Source: Escherichia phage JLBYU19. From it: DNA of 49,897 nt. Under the pieces are notes generated by a model that worked only from the letters and a program-made list of their open reading frames with translations, was not told where the DNA came from and did not search any database. The DNA lies in the sequence record OK272489.1. One strand, 5' to 3'. Position numbers and translations under genes: made by a program. How positions within the stretch are numbered: position 1 is the first letter of the stretch; every line of letters begins with the position of its first letter. Of the stretch, positions 16,838 through 25,998 are shown in pieces.

Positions 16838-17045
16838 GCGCGTCAAGCACAGGTTTACTGATAACCACGGCGACGCGATTGATGTATACAAGTTCGGCGA
16901 TCGCGTGTTTATTGATGGCACGTTTGAAGGTGGGCGTAGGCCGGATTTTAGGTCGATACTTACCGTTGACCAAGTGCGCAAGCTGGCAGATAAGTTAAAT
17001 GATCTGGCAGATGAAATAGAATACAAGCAAATCCATTTTAATTGA
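16824..17045 (+). CDS. hypothetical protein
   Basis: 73 aa; GAGGA RBS. Confidence 0.45.
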   Translation: MKTNKRVKHRFTDNHGDAIDVYKFGDRVFIDGTFEGGRRPDFRSILTVDQVRKLADKLNDLADEIEYKQIHFN

Positions 17046-17056
17046 TAGGTTTTATA

Positions 17057-17599
17057 ATGAAAAAATACACTTTCGAACTATGGGGCAAGAAGTACGAATT
17101 AATTACCAGCAAGCCGATTGTTATCGTTGACCTGGACGGCACACTATCGGACGGATCGCATCGTTTGCATTTGCTGCCAACTGAAAACTTGCACCTTACG
17201 GAATCGTGGAGCGAGTTTAACAGGGCCGCAGCAGGAGATTCACCGATTAAAAGCACGATCGCGATTGTTAACGGTTTGTGGGTGTCGGGATTTGCCATCG
17301 TCATCTTGACCGGACGCAGCGACGAGGTTCGCTACGAAACCTGCAAATGGTTGAATGAGAACGGCGTGAAGTTTGACGAAATCATCATGCGCCGCCAGGA
17401 TGACAACCGAAAGGATACGGTTATTAAAGAGGAAGCCTTGCGCGCTATCGGACTGGAAAACATTGTGTGCGCTTTTGATGATTCGCCGAACGTGGTTAAG
17501 CACTTCCGCAGCCTGGGAATCACAACCTATCAGGTCACGGAATACGACAAGCCGCACGCTCACATGCAATCTCACGGCGTGGAGGAGTTGCAGAAATGA
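17057..17599 (+). CDS. HAD-superfamily phosphatase (nucleotidase / polynucleotide 3-phosphatase-like)
   Basis: 180 aa from ATG 17057; DxDGT motif (VDLDGTLSDG) plus ILTGR and FDDS motifs. Confidence 0.65.
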   Translation: MKKYTFELWGKKYELITSKPIVIVDLDGTLSDGSHRLHLLPTENLHLTESWSEFNRAAAGDSPIKSTIAIVNGLWVSGFAIVILTGRSDEVRYETCKWLNENGVKFDEIIMRRQDDNRKDTVIKEEALRAIGLENIVCAFDDSPNVVKHFRSLGITTYQVTEYDKPHAHMQSHGVEELQK

Positions 17600-17805
17600 T
17601 CCTGAATGTAGCATATGCTAACCCTCGCGGCCGCAATATATACGGCTTTAAGGTTGGCGCGATGGTCAACGCCAGGATAAACGAAAAAGGCGTATTAGTT
17701 GTCAAGTCACCTAAAACTGGCATTGATATGCACATCAAGGAGAACGGCGGAAGATTGTTTATCAGGTCAATGTCTGGTCAAACGCTCGCAACTTTCACCA
17801 AATAG
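17596..17805 (+). CDS. hypothetical protein
   Basis: 69 aa; ATGA overlap with upstream gene; stop inside junction element. Confidence 0.45.
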   Translation: MILNVAYANPRGRNIYGFKVGAMVNARINEKGVLVVKSPKTGIDMHIKENGGRLFIRSMSGQTLATFTK

Positions 17806-17819
17806 CACTTTTGCAAAAA
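17801..17819 (+). promoter_or_regulatory. conserved junction element (variant AATAGCACTTTTGCAAAAA)
   Basis: TTGCAA variant; TATAGT at 17839-17844 inside GGGCTT/AAGCCC dyad. Confidence 0.55.
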
Positions 17820-17875
17820 CAGATTATCGGGCTTGCTGTATAGTAAGCCCATCAACAACAAGCGAGGATTAAATC

Positions 17876-18139
17876 ATGGCTAACAAGATCGAATTTTTCA
17901 AAGCGGTAGACATTATTGATGGCGCTCCTAGCTTCTTTGCCATCCATTCCATTGACGGCAAGGATATTGGGTACGACGTTATCCGTCGAGATGGAATCTC
18001 AAAACTTAGCGATCTGGTAGGGCATATTGTGTCAAACGGGAAATGCGCATGGCCCGATTCGCCACGAGAGCCACGCCGCCGCGACATGGTAGAGCCTGCT
18101 CTGCTTTACACTCTGGTAGTAGAAGGAGAAAATAAATGA
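17876..18139 (+). CDS. hypothetical protein
   Basis: 87 aa; GAGGA RBS after junction element 17801. Confidence 0.5.
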   Translation: MANKIEFFKAVDIIDGAPSFFAIHSIDGKDIGYDVIRRDGISKLSDLVGHIVSNGKCAWPDSPREPRRRDMVEPALLYTLVVEGENK

Positions 18140-18321
18140 TTTGGTTACTTGCTTTTTTGGTTGTTTTTCTTTACATTTCAGGCTTGTTTACGTTCCGCGC
18201 GTTGGTGAAATATTCTGACGCGACAGACAAGGACGATAAAATCGTTCTCGCTTTCTGGTTTGTTTGGGCGTGGTTAGCAATTTACGAGATCATTAGAGAC
18301 AAACAGAAATTTGAGTGGTGA
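18136..18321 (+). CDS. hypothetical membrane protein
   Basis: 61 aa with two hydrophobic segments; ATGA overlap. Confidence 0.4.
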   Translation: MIWLLAFLVVFLYISGLFTFRALVKYSDATDKDDKIVLAFWFVWAWLAIYEIIRDKQKFEW

Positions 18322-18380
18322 TTCTTGCTATGGCGCATTCATGCAGTGCGCCATGTTGAGAAAACCTAAAGGGGGAGACG

Positions 18381-18530
18381 ATGCGTAACTTTGAAAAAAT
18401 CATTACCAAAAAGAAGCGTCGCGGGTACGATGAGCATGTGGAGCTTGTGAAAAAGCAACGCAAGAAGCGCAACGAAGACAAGAAGCGCAGGAAAAAATTT
18501 AATGCGATTTTTCGCTATGGAGATCATTAA
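18381..18530 (+). CDS. hypothetical basic small protein (not in ORF track)
   Basis: 49 codons, Lys/Arg-rich; AAGGGGGA RBS. Confidence 0.35.
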   Translation: MRNFEKIITKKKRRGYDEHVELVKKQRKKRNEDKKRRKKFNAIFRYGDH

Positions 18531-18532
18531 TC

Positions 18533-19123
18533 ATGAAACGAGACATTATTATCCTTAATGGGCCGCCTGGCTGTGGAAAGGACACTATTGCAGCTTACCT
18601 AACGGGCCATCGTTACCCAGCGGTTAAGGCGTCATTCAAGCAGCCGATGTTCGATATTGCGTTTTCCATGCTGGGCGTGTACAGATACGATGAATTTATG
18701 GACCTGTACAACGACCGAGAACAAAAAGAAAAGCCTCAAGTTATTTTGGGCGGCAAGTCACCTCGACAATTCATGATCTGGATTAGCGAGGATGTAATGA
18801 AGCCAGTTTTTGGGGATCACTATTTCGGGCGTCGAATGGTTGAAGAGATTCACGAGATGTACCGAGATTTGGCGGTTGTGATCAGTGATGGCGGATTCCC
18901 CGAAGAAATCAAGCCGCTCGTTAAGGCGGGGCATGAGGTGCATATTTGCCGATTGCATCGCGACGGCTTCACGTTTGCTGGCGATTCGAGAGACTACATT
19001 GACCTGAGCGGTTATCACTATCGAATCCATCACTATGACTTCCACTTGCAGGACGGCAAGCCGGAACTGGCTGTAAACGAGATCGTCAATACTGTCAAAT
19101 GGAAGCACACACAGATTAAATAG
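18533..19123 (+). CDS. P-loop nucleotide kinase (dNMP kinase-like)
   Basis: 196 aa; N-terminal Walker A ILNGPPGCGKDT. Confidence 0.6.
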   Translation: MKRDIIILNGPPGCGKDTIAAYLTGHRYPAVKASFKQPMFDIAFSMLGVYRYDEFMDLYNDREQKEKPQVILGGKSPRQFMIWISEDVMKPVFGDHYFGRRMVEEIHEMYRDLAVVISDGGFPEEIKPLVKAGHEVHICRLHRDGFTFAGDSRDYIDLSGYHYRIHHYDFHLQDGKPELAVNEIVNTVKWKHTQIK

Positions 19124-19137
19124 CACGAATTGCTAAA
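19119..19137 (+). promoter_or_regulatory. conserved junction element (variant AATAGCACGAATTGCTAAA)
   Basis: TTGCTA variant; TATAAT at 19158-19163; GC dyad 19139-19157. Confidence 0.55.
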
Positions 19138-19193
19138 CGCGGGGTTATCGGCCCCGCTATAATGCGCACATCAACAATCAAGAGGAAATCACA

Positions 19194-19574
19194 ATGGTTA
19201 ACATCAGAAAAATTCGCGTCGGCACTAAATTCTTAGTTACTTACGCAATTCCAGATAGCGGAATGAAGAAGGGCCAGATTGTTAAGGTTGATAGCAAAAG
19301 ATTCGGAATCCCTGGCATCAATGGCTATCTAATCAATAAAGATCTTGGATTCGGCGGCTTCGCTATCCGTTCGCTTGATGGTATTGTTGCTACCCTCAAG
19401 CAAATCACTAACCATCGCGGCTGCCCAATCAAGACGATTAAAGCGCCAACCAATTACGGCAAACTGGATAATCGTCGAATCCGCCGCCTGGCGCGTAACG
19501 CGTTAAAATTCCGTGGCGTAGGCGATGATTTCTACTATGGTTACAAGAGGATCGCGCGCAATGCTGGGAAATAA
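19194..19574 (+). CDS. hypothetical protein
   Basis: 126 aa; AAGAGGA RBS after junction element 19119. Confidence 0.5.
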   Translation: MVNIRKIRVGTKFLVTYAIPDSGMKKGQIVKVDSKRFGIPGINGYLINKDLGFGGFAIRSLDGIVATLKQITNHRGCPIKTIKAPTNYGKLDNRRIRRLARNALKFRGVGDDFYYGYKRIARNAGK

Positions 19575-19673
19575 CAATAACGCAACGAATCCTAAGCCAC
19601 CTTTTGATTTTCATTCCGCAATGATTGCGGTATTATCAATGCTACTTTTTCTTTATAGCATGAGGGCGCCACT

Positions 19674-19922
19674 ATGGTTTTTAACGCATTGAAACGACTG
19701 TTTAAGCCGGAATACCGGATCGTATTTTGCCGAGACTGTTCTACTTATCATGTGCAGCGACGCAGCTTAGGCGGCAATTGGCACTATGTTACAGACGACT
19801 TTTTCGGCATTATTGCCACTGAATTTAAGTATTACAGCGATGCTTATATGTACGTCAAGAAGCGCCACCGCTTACGCAAGTGTCGTTTTTCCGTGCTGAT
19901 TCACGTTAATGATTGTTACTGA
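19674..19922 (+). CDS. hypothetical protein with Cys pairs
   Basis: 82 aa, basic; CRDC plus distal Cys residues. Confidence 0.4.
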   Translation: MVFNALKRLFKPEYRIVFCRDCSTYHVQRRSLGGNWHYVTDDFFGIIATEFKYYSDAYMYVKKRHRLRKCRFSVLIHVNDCY

Positions 19923-19929
19923 GGTTAAA

Positions 19930-20112
19930 ATGAAAACTGGTATTATTATTCTTTTCCTGATCCTTTTCGGCAGTCATTTAACCATTAACTACGATGGCAT
20001 TATGGCATTTTGGGGCAACTTGATGATGTTTGCCGCTGGTTCGATTGCTGGCTACTCTGACGGGAAAAAGGATGGCGTTCGCAAGATGCTGATGGGGCTT
20101 AAACAAAAATAA
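19930..20112 (+). CDS. hypothetical membrane protein
   Basis: 60 aa from ATG 19930 (GAGG RBS); two hydrophobic helices. Confidence 0.4.
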   Translation: MKTGIIILFLILFGSHLTINYDGIMAFWGNLMMFAAGSIAGYSDGKKDGVRKMLMGLKQK

Positions 20113-20123
20113 GGGGATCTGAA

Positions 20124-20414
20124 ATGGCAAACAAAACTTACCGCAAACTACTGGTTAACGCTTTTGAAAACATCGCGCAGTGTAACAAGTGGAACGACTC
20201 TAAACACTCGCCAGTCACAATGAAGCGCGCAGGATTCAAAAATGCTCGTTCATGGGCGCGAGCTTTCGCAGCTTGCTATATGCCGGATGGCGGACTAGGG
20301 GTGATGAACGATTTTTTGATCAACATGATAGAGGAAGCGGCGCGAGAGGATCGACCGCTGACACAGCGAGATTTTGACGACTTCGCGCGCGATGAGCTTT
20401 ACTATCTGAGCTAA
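20124..20414 (+). CDS. hypothetical protein
   Basis: 96 aa; AAGGGGA RBS; stop inside junction element. Confidence 0.45.
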   Translation: MANKTYRKLLVNAFENIAQCNKWNDSKHSPVTMKRAGFKNARSWARAFAACYMPDGGLGVMNDFLINMIEEAAREDRPLTQRDFDDFARDELYYLS

Positions 20415-20432
20415 TAGCACTTTTTGTTAAAA
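20413..20432 (+). promoter_or_regulatory. conserved junction element AATAGCACTTTTTGTTAAAA
   Basis: exact consensus; TAAAGT at 20452-20457 within AAGGGCA/TGCCCTT dyad. Confidence 0.6.
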
Positions 20433-20489
20433 CTTCCGCAAGGGCATTTGGTAAAGTGCCCTTATTGAAGCGAAACAGAGGAAAGCGCA

Positions 20490-20702
20490 ATGAAAATCAA
20501 AATCACCAAAATCGACACTGTCAACGGCGACGGATCAATCACTCTTGAGCAATGTGGCCTGGTTGTTGGTGATGTGCTGGAAGTTGACGGACATTTCAGC
20601 GACGGATCTTATTGTGTTATTGCGCCGCGTAACAGCGAGTTTATCAAGGCTGGCGACAATATTAGTGTTAACCATGACGAATGCGAGGTAGTAGAAGAAT
20701 GA
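20490..20702 (+). CDS. hypothetical acidic protein
   Basis: 70 aa; GAGGAAAG RBS after junction element 20413. Confidence 0.45.
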   Translation: MKIKITKIDTVNGDGSITLEQCGLVVGDVLEVDGHFSDGSYCVIAPRNSEFIKAGDNISVNHDECEVVEE

Positions 20703-20962
20703 TCACGATTAACCTGTCAGAGCAGCAAGCGCGCATTATGTTAGCGGCCTTTGGCTGGCGAGATGATGACGGCATCCAGGCAACGGTTAAAATTCCTGAG
20801 CAAGTGGCCCGTGAAGTTTTCAGCCAGCTAGAACACGCATTTGATCCTGCTGGGACTGAGCAAGCGGAAGCTGCCGCATGGTTCGGAGAGAATGGATACA
20901 GAGATCAGCAAGTCGAAAACTGGAAGCGCATAAACGAGACTATGGAGGAATCAGGTTTATGA
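20699..20962 (+). CDS. hypothetical acidic protein
   Basis: 87 aa from ATG 20699 (ATGA coupling). Confidence 0.45.
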   Translation: MITINLSEQQARIMLAAFGWRDDDGIQATVKIPEQVAREVFSQLEHAFDPAGTEQAEAAAWFGENGYRDQQVENWKRINETMEESGL

Positions 20963-21273
20963 TTTACATTCACTACTACCAAATCGGAACTAACGAGAAC
21001 AAGAAAGAGCATCGTTTCATCCATGATGATTTGGACAAGGCAAAGGCGCAGCAACAGGTTTTAGGAGGTGTCATTCAGGCTTTTGAGCCTGTAGAAGATA
21101 TTGAGTACCGCGAGCATTTAAAAGATGTTGTTATTGATGAGATCTCTTGCTTGATTGATGATATGACAAATCACGGCCCTGGTTCCCCGTGGGAAGATGC
21201 AGGATCTGTAACGTGGGATAAGGCCAAAGTTAAGACGCTAAACAACTTTCGAGAGATTCTCGACGGTTTTTAA
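20959..21273 (+). CDS. hypothetical protein
   Basis: 104 aa from ATG 20959 (ATGA coupling). Confidence 0.45.
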   Translation: MIYIHYYQIGTNENKKEHRFIHDDLDKAKAQQQVLGGVIQAFEPVEDIEYREHLKDVVIDEISCLIDDMTNHGPGSPWEDAGSVTWDKAKVKTLNNFREILDGF

Positions 21274-21343
21274 TTAAAAACGCATAGCCGTTAGAGCGCC
21301 TAAATCGCATTCTAACGAGCTATTTTTCTGGTAAGGTGATTTA

Positions 21344-21472
21344 ATGGATGAGTACAAACAACCCTCGCAATGGTGCAAAGAGAAGCAGGAGGAAGCACTT
21401 GAGCGCGGAGATGTAGAAGAAGCTATGAACTATTTCAAACTTGCGGAAGAATGGAAGGGGAGAGGATACTGA
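21344..21472 (+). CDS. hypothetical small protein (not in ORF track)
   Basis: 42 codons; AAGGTGA RBS. Confidence 0.3.
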   Translation: MDEYKQPSQWCKEKQEEALERGDVEEAMNYFKLAEEWKGRGY

Positions 21473-21702
21473 TGTTCGGCATGAACGAGGCGCAATTCAA
21501 CGCAGCTAAACGCCAGGCTAAAAAGTGCGGCGAGGCAATGAAAGCGGATGTGGAAAAGCGCGGGAAGTATGTTGATGAAGTAATGAAGGGAATCATTGCA
21601 GAACACTACCAGCCAATCGCGCCAATGTTGACGATCACTCAATTCATTTGGCTATGTGGTTACTTGCGCGGACGTTGGGGGAACGCTTTCGACAGGGAAT
21701 GA
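21472..21702 (+). CDS. hypothetical protein
   Basis: 76 aa from ATG 21472, overlapping upstream stop. Confidence 0.4.
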   Translation: MFGMNEAQFNAAKRQAKKCGEAMKADVEKRGKYVDEVMKGIIAEHYQPIAPMLTITQFIWLCGYLRGRWGNAFDRE

Positions 21703-21791
21703 TTGACAACTCTTTCCTGATTGGTTAGCATGGCGTCGTTTACATAAGAGCGGCTTTGTCCGAACGCGTGACGCGATAGTCACACAACAAC

Positions 21792-21850
21792 GGCGATATG
21801 CAGGAGGTTTTTGCAATGCAAAATAATCCGTAAGACGTATCGCCTTTTTT
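21792..21850 (+). terminator. possible terminator/attenuator (long-loop hairpin + T6)
   Basis: GGCGATA ... TATCGCC 7-bp stem enclosing about 39 nt, followed by TTTTTT. Confidence 0.3.
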
Positions 21851-21864
21851 AATGGAGATCCAAA

Positions 21865-22098
21865 ATGATTAAATACAAATTAACCGTTTCTTTCCGTGAT
21901 ACCGTTATTCATCCTTTCTACAATAGCTTTGTTAACAGCTTTACAGTAGAAGCGACAAGTGATCAGCTTGACGGTGACGAAACTTGCATTTCTATCGGCA
22001 ATGTTGCTTATCCGATTCACAACATTACCAGCATTAAGCGTGAGGTTGTCGCTGATGAATTACAAAGTGAAGATGACGATCCGGCGAATGGGGCGTAA
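21865..22098 (+). CDS. hypothetical acidic protein
   Basis: 77 aa; GGAG RBS; preceded by hairpin plus T6. Confidence 0.45.
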   Translation: MIKYKLTVSFRDTVIHPFYNSFVNSFTVEATSDQLDGDETCISIGNVAYPIHNITSIKREVVADELQSEDDDPANGA

Positions 22099-22240
22099 CT
22101 GCCAATCATGCAAACAGGAATATGAATGCGTAGTCGATGCTCTTGATGAACTGGAAGCAGTAGCAAAAGCAAAAGAGCAATCGGGCGCTAATCCTGAAAC
22201 ACATCAATTTTCAATTAATCTTGTGAGGGCTTTACAATGA
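22073..22240 (+). CDS. hypothetical CxxC protein (start uncertain)
   Basis: 55 aa in alternative frame, overlapping upstream gene by 26 nt; weak RBS. Confidence 0.25.
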   Translation: MTIRRMGRNCQSCKQEYECVVDALDELEAVAKAKEQSGANPETHQFSINLVRALQ

Positions 22241-22461
22241 TCGCATTATCTTTCTGCATTGGTTTTATCATGGCTATCATTATCTTTTCCGTTGTCATGC
22301 GCTTTGCTTATAAGTTCGTGATTAATAAAGGTTGGTACGCTTCTGCCATCTGGAGCGAAAAACAAAAGAAATGGCTTGTACGTGGTCAATACCTGATGAT
22401 CGGCAGCAAGATCCTAAATTCCATTCGAGCCAAAGATGGGAAAGTAAAATATACAGCTTAA
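22237..22461 (+). CDS. hypothetical membrane protein
   Basis: 74 aa; N-terminal hydrophobic helix; followed by intrinsic terminator. Confidence 0.4.
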   Translation: MIALSFCIGFIMAIIIFSVVMRFAYKFVINKGWYASAIWSEKQKKWLVRGQYLMIGSKILNSIRAKDGKVKYTA

Positions 22462-22465
22462 AAAT

Positions 22466-22490
22466 CACCCGCCGAACGGCGGGTTTTTTA
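22466..22490 (+). terminator. intrinsic terminator at end of early rightward block
   Basis: CACCCGCC-gaac-GGCGGG hairpin + T7. Confidence 0.65.
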
Positions 22491-22502
22491 TTGCCCGTTG
22501 TT

Positions 22503-22511
22503 TGGTATAAT
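22503..22511 (+). promoter_or_regulatory. candidate extended -10 promoter before terminase genes
   Basis: TGGTATAAT (TGn + TATAAT) 12 nt after terminator T-tract and 29 nt before TerS ATG; no good -35. Confidence 0.35.
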
Positions 22512-22539
22512 CAGGCATCTAACCAAAGGAGGATTAACA

Positions 22540-23067
22540 ATGGCTAAAAACGTTGAGCCTGCTGTAAAGGCATTAAATTTCAAAGAGTTATACAATAAAA
22601 CTTATGGCGATATTGTTACGCTAAACAACCGCCACAAGTACACGCCGGAACAGGTTTTTGATATGGCGATCCGCTATTTCACTTGGGCCGAAGAGAATCA
22701 CATCCAGGCGGCTGAAACTGCTTCCTTTCAGGGTGACGTGTACGAGAGCAGAGTTTACAAGCCTCGCGTTTTCACGGTTAACGGATTCAGCTTGTATCTC
22801 GGCGTGACTGAGGCTGCCGTAAGCAAATGGCGTAAAGAGCCTGGATTCTGCGATGTGATGGAGTTTGTTGATAAAGTAATTTACGAGCAAAAATTCCAGC
22901 TTGCGGCAAATAACATGATTAATGCTGGATTTATCGGTAAAGAGATCGGCGTAGAGAAGCCAGCAACAGTGAGCGTTGAAGCTAGCGCGGCAGCTAATGC
23001 AAGCATTGACGCAGTAACTGCCGATGAGGTGAAAGAGGCTGTTATTGATATTCTGGAGCAACTTTAA
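22540..23067 (+). CDS. terminase small subunit
   Basis: 175 aa from ATG 22540 (AAGGAGG RBS); immediately upstream of and overlapping large terminase gene. Confidence 0.55.
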   Translation: MAKNVEPAVKALNFKELYNKTYGDIVTLNNRHKYTPEQVFDMAIRYFTWAEENHIQAAETASFQGDVYESRVYKPRVFTVNGFSLYLGVTEAAVSKWRKEPGFCDVMEFVDKVIYEQKFQLAANNMINAGFIGKEIGVEKPATVSVEASAAANASIDAVTADEVKEAVIDILEQL

Positions 23068-24635
23068 TGATCATATGGGAAGATTTGACGGCGGCGCAAA
23101 AGCGAGCCATTAAAGAAATCAGTGAGCATTCATTCGAAAAGATGATCAGAATCTGGTTTCAGTTATTGCAGGGGCAAAAATTCCAGAGCAACTGGCATTT
23201 TAGCTTATTGTGCAGTGAGGTAGAGAAGATCATCAATGGAGAGTCGCAGAATGTGATTTTCAACATTACGCCAGGTAGCGGTAAGACTGAGATTTTCTCG
23301 ATCCACATGTCACCCTACGCGTCATTGAAAAGTCGGAAGGTGAGAAACCTTAACCTTTCGTTTAGTGATGGACTTGTCCAGCAAAACAGCAACAGGATAA
23401 AGGAGATTATCGGTTCTCCTGAGTGGCAAGAGCTATGGCCAGGAAAACTGGCAAAGGCGAGCGCAAAAGATCTCATAGTTACGGATGGCGGCAAGGTTAA
23501 ATTGCAAGTTAACTCACGTTCTATTGGCGGACAGGTAACAGGTTTGCGTGGCGGCTATATGGACGATGGTTTTACTGGTATGCTGGTTCTGGACGATCCA
23601 GACAAGCCGGATGATATGCTTTCTAAGGTCAAGCGTGAGGCGATCCACATGCGGTTAAAAAACACAGTGCGATCGCGTCGAATGAAAGACACTACGCCGA
23701 TTGTTATGGTGCAACAGCGACTACACGTTAATGATTCCACCTGGTTCATGCTTAATGGCGGAATGGGTGGTATTGAGTTTAAAGTCGTGAGCATTCCGGC
23801 GCTGGTTACGAAAGAATACCGCGAATCGCTTCCTGATTGGTTGAAGCCTGAATTTGATCGTGATGTGCTGTCAAGTAAGCCAGTGATGATAGATGGCGTT
23901 GCTCATTATTCATTTTGGCCTGCGAAGGAAAGCGCGGAGGAGTTGCTTGCATTGCGCAATGCAGATCCTTACACGTTCTCCAGCCAATACCAACAGCAAC
24001 CAATCGCGCTGGGCGGGAACGTGTTTAAAACAGAGTGGTTCCAGTATTACGGCAGCGGCGAAAAATGCGCACTTCCTAAACCGGATCGCTTTGAATACAC
24101 ATTTATTACTGGAGATACCGCGCAGAAGGCCGGAGAGCTTAACGACTATTCTGTTTTTTGTTATTGGGGGATGTATAAGAATCGCGTTTACTTCATTGAT
24201 GGCATTCGCGGAAAGTGGGAAGCGCCGGATCTTGAATTAAATTTTATTGCCTTCGTTAATCAGTGCTGGAAGCGCAATAAGGAGTGTGGCAGCTTGCGAC
24301 GTATCCACATTGAGGATAAGGCCAGCGGCACTGGTTTGATTCAGGGGGCCAAAAAGAAGATCCCGATTGATATAAATCCCGTTCAGCGAAGCAACGACAA
24401 GGTAACGAGAGCAATGGACGCCGCGCCAGTAATGAGGGCCGGACGTGTGGCACTGCCAGAAAATCACCCAATGCTGCCTGAGATACTGGCAGAGGTTGCA
24501 GCATTCACTTTTGATGATTCTCATCCCCATGATGATATTGTCGATAATATAGTTGATGCTGTTAACGTCGAAATGAACTTGGCAGATGATCCGGTGGCAA
24601 GGATGAAAAAGCTGGCTGGTCTACGCAATAAATAG
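23067..24635 (+). CDS. terminase large subunit
   Basis: 522 aa; Walker A-like NITPGSGKT; position and size. Confidence 0.8.
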   Translation: MIIWEDLTAAQKRAIKEISEHSFEKMIRIWFQLLQGQKFQSNWHFSLLCSEVEKIINGESQNVIFNITPGSGKTEIFSIHMSPYASLKSRKVRNLNLSFSDGLVQQNSNRIKEIIGSPEWQELWPGKLAKASAKDLIVTDGGKVKLQVNSRSIGGQVTGLRGGYMDDGFTGMLVLDDPDKPDDMLSKVKREAIHMRLKNTVRSRRMKDTTPIVMVQQRLHVNDSTWFMLNGGMGGIEFKVVSIPALVTKEYRESLPDWLKPEFDRDVLSSKPVMIDGVAHYSFWPAKESAEELLALRNADPYTFSSQYQQQPIALGGNVFKTEWFQYYGSGEKCALPKPDRFEYTFITGDTAQKAGELNDYSVFCYWGMYKNRVYFIDGIRGKWEAPDLELNFIAFVNQCWKRNKECGSLRRIHIEDKASGTGLIQGAKKKIPIDINPVQRSNDKVTRAMDAAPVMRAGRVALPENHPMLPEILAEVAAFTFDDSHPHDDIVDNIVDAVNVEMNLADDPVARMKKLAGLRNK

Positions 24636-24650
24636 CACTAATTGCTAAAA
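24631..24650 (+). promoter_or_regulatory. conserved junction element (variant AATAGCACTAATTGCTAAAA)
   Basis: atypical: TATAAT only 5 nt downstream (24656-24661), then a terminator hairpin before portal gene. Confidence 0.4.
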
Positions 24651-24664
24651 AGTTATATAATCAA

Positions 24665-24690
24665 GGCTGGATTTTTCCAGCCTTTTTTAT
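24665..24690 (+). terminator. intrinsic terminator between terminase and portal genes
   Basis: GGCTGGA-ttttt-CCAGCC hairpin + T6. Confidence 0.6.
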
Positions 24691-24705
24691 TATGGAGATT
24701 TGACG

Positions 24706-25998
24706 ATGAGTGAAAAAACAAGGCTAGTTAAGGCCGATGGATACAACGAGATTTTCAAGGGCAGCAAGGGCAATGGGCGTGTGGAGTTGCCTTTCTTTAT
24801 GCAAGGGTTCGAATACACCACGCACGCTGATTTTTACATTCGCGACGGCCTAGCAAAACGAATCATCGACGTTGTTCCAGAAGAAATGGTGACGCCTGGA
24901 TTTAATATTGACGGCGTGGAAGACGAGGAAAGTTTTAGATCTTTGTGGGATGAGAAGAGACTAAACGATAAAATCATTGATGCGCTTTGCTGGTCGCGTC
25001 TTTTTGGTGGCGCTGCAATCGTAGCAATCGTCCAGGATGGCAGGTCGTTAAAGTCACCTGTAGCGCCTGGTGCAATCCTTGAAGATGTTCGCGTTTACGA
25101 TCGCTTTCAGGTTAGGGTAGAAAAGCGCGAAACTAATCCACGCAAGGTAAGATATGGTGAGCCATTAATTTACACCATTTCACCTGGTGCCGACTTGCCA
25201 GAATACCAGGTTCACTATTCGCGAGTCTGTATTATCGACGGTGAGCGGCTACCAAATCAGCGGCGTCAATCAAATGATGGGTGGGGTGAGTCGATCCTGA
25301 ATAAGAGACTTGTTGAGGCTATTTGTGATTATAACTACTGCGAAAACTTAGCAACTCAATTGTTGCGACGTAAGCAACAGGCGGTATGGAAAGTTAAAGG
25401 TCTTGCTGATCTTTGTGATGATGATGATGGTGTTAGTGCCGCACGTTTGCGACTTGCTCAAGTTGATGATGAGGGTGGCGTAGGCCGTGCGATCGGCATT
25501 GATGCGGAAGATGAGGAATATGATGTTTTAAATTCTGATATTTCTGCCGTCGATTCGTTCTTGGAAAAGAAGATGGATCGCATTGTATCTCTTTCCGGCA
25601 TCCATGAAATCATCCTCAAAAACAAGAACGTTGGCGGTGTTAGCGCGAGCCAAAACACGGCGCTTGAAACCTTCTCCAAGCTGATCGACAGAAAGCGAAA
25701 GGAAGAATACAAACCAATCCTTGAATTTCTGATCCCGTTCCTGATTCAAGAGGAAGAATGGAGTATTCAGTTTGCGCCGTTAAGCGTTCCCAGCGAAAAG
25801 GACCAGGCCGAGATCTTGAACAAGAACATTGATTCTTTGAGCAAGGCTATTGACGGTCAATTCATGGATACAGAGGAGGCGCGCGACACATTGCGAGCCA
25901 TTGCGCCTAACGTTAAACTAAAAGACGGCAATAACATTAAATTACCTGAGCAGGACGTAGAGCCGGAGCCAGGAACAACCGAGGGTAGCAATCAATGA
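24706..25998 (+). CDS. portal protein
   Basis: 430 aa from ATG 24706 (GGAG RBS); follows terminase. Confidence 0.6.
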   Translation: MSEKTRLVKADGYNEIFKGSKGNGRVELPFFMQGFEYTTHADFYIRDGLAKRIIDVVPEEMVTPGFNIDGVEDEESFRSLWDEKRLNDKIIDALCWSRLFGGAAIVAIVQDGRSLKSPVAPGAILEDVRVYDRFQVRVEKRETNPRKVRYGEPLIYTISPGADLPEYQVHYSRVCIIDGERLPNQRRQSNDGWGESILNKRLVEAICDYNYCENLATQLLRRKQQAVWKVKGLADLCDDDDGVSAARLRLAQVDDEGGVGRAIGIDAEDEEYDVLNSDISAVDSFLEKKMDRIVSLSGIHEIILKNKNVGGVSASQNTALETFSKLIDRKRKEEYKPILEFLIPFLIQEEEWSIQFAPLSVPSEKDQAEILNKNIDSLSKAIDGQFMDTEEARDTLRAIAPNVKLKDGNNIKLPEQDVEPEPGTTEGSNQ

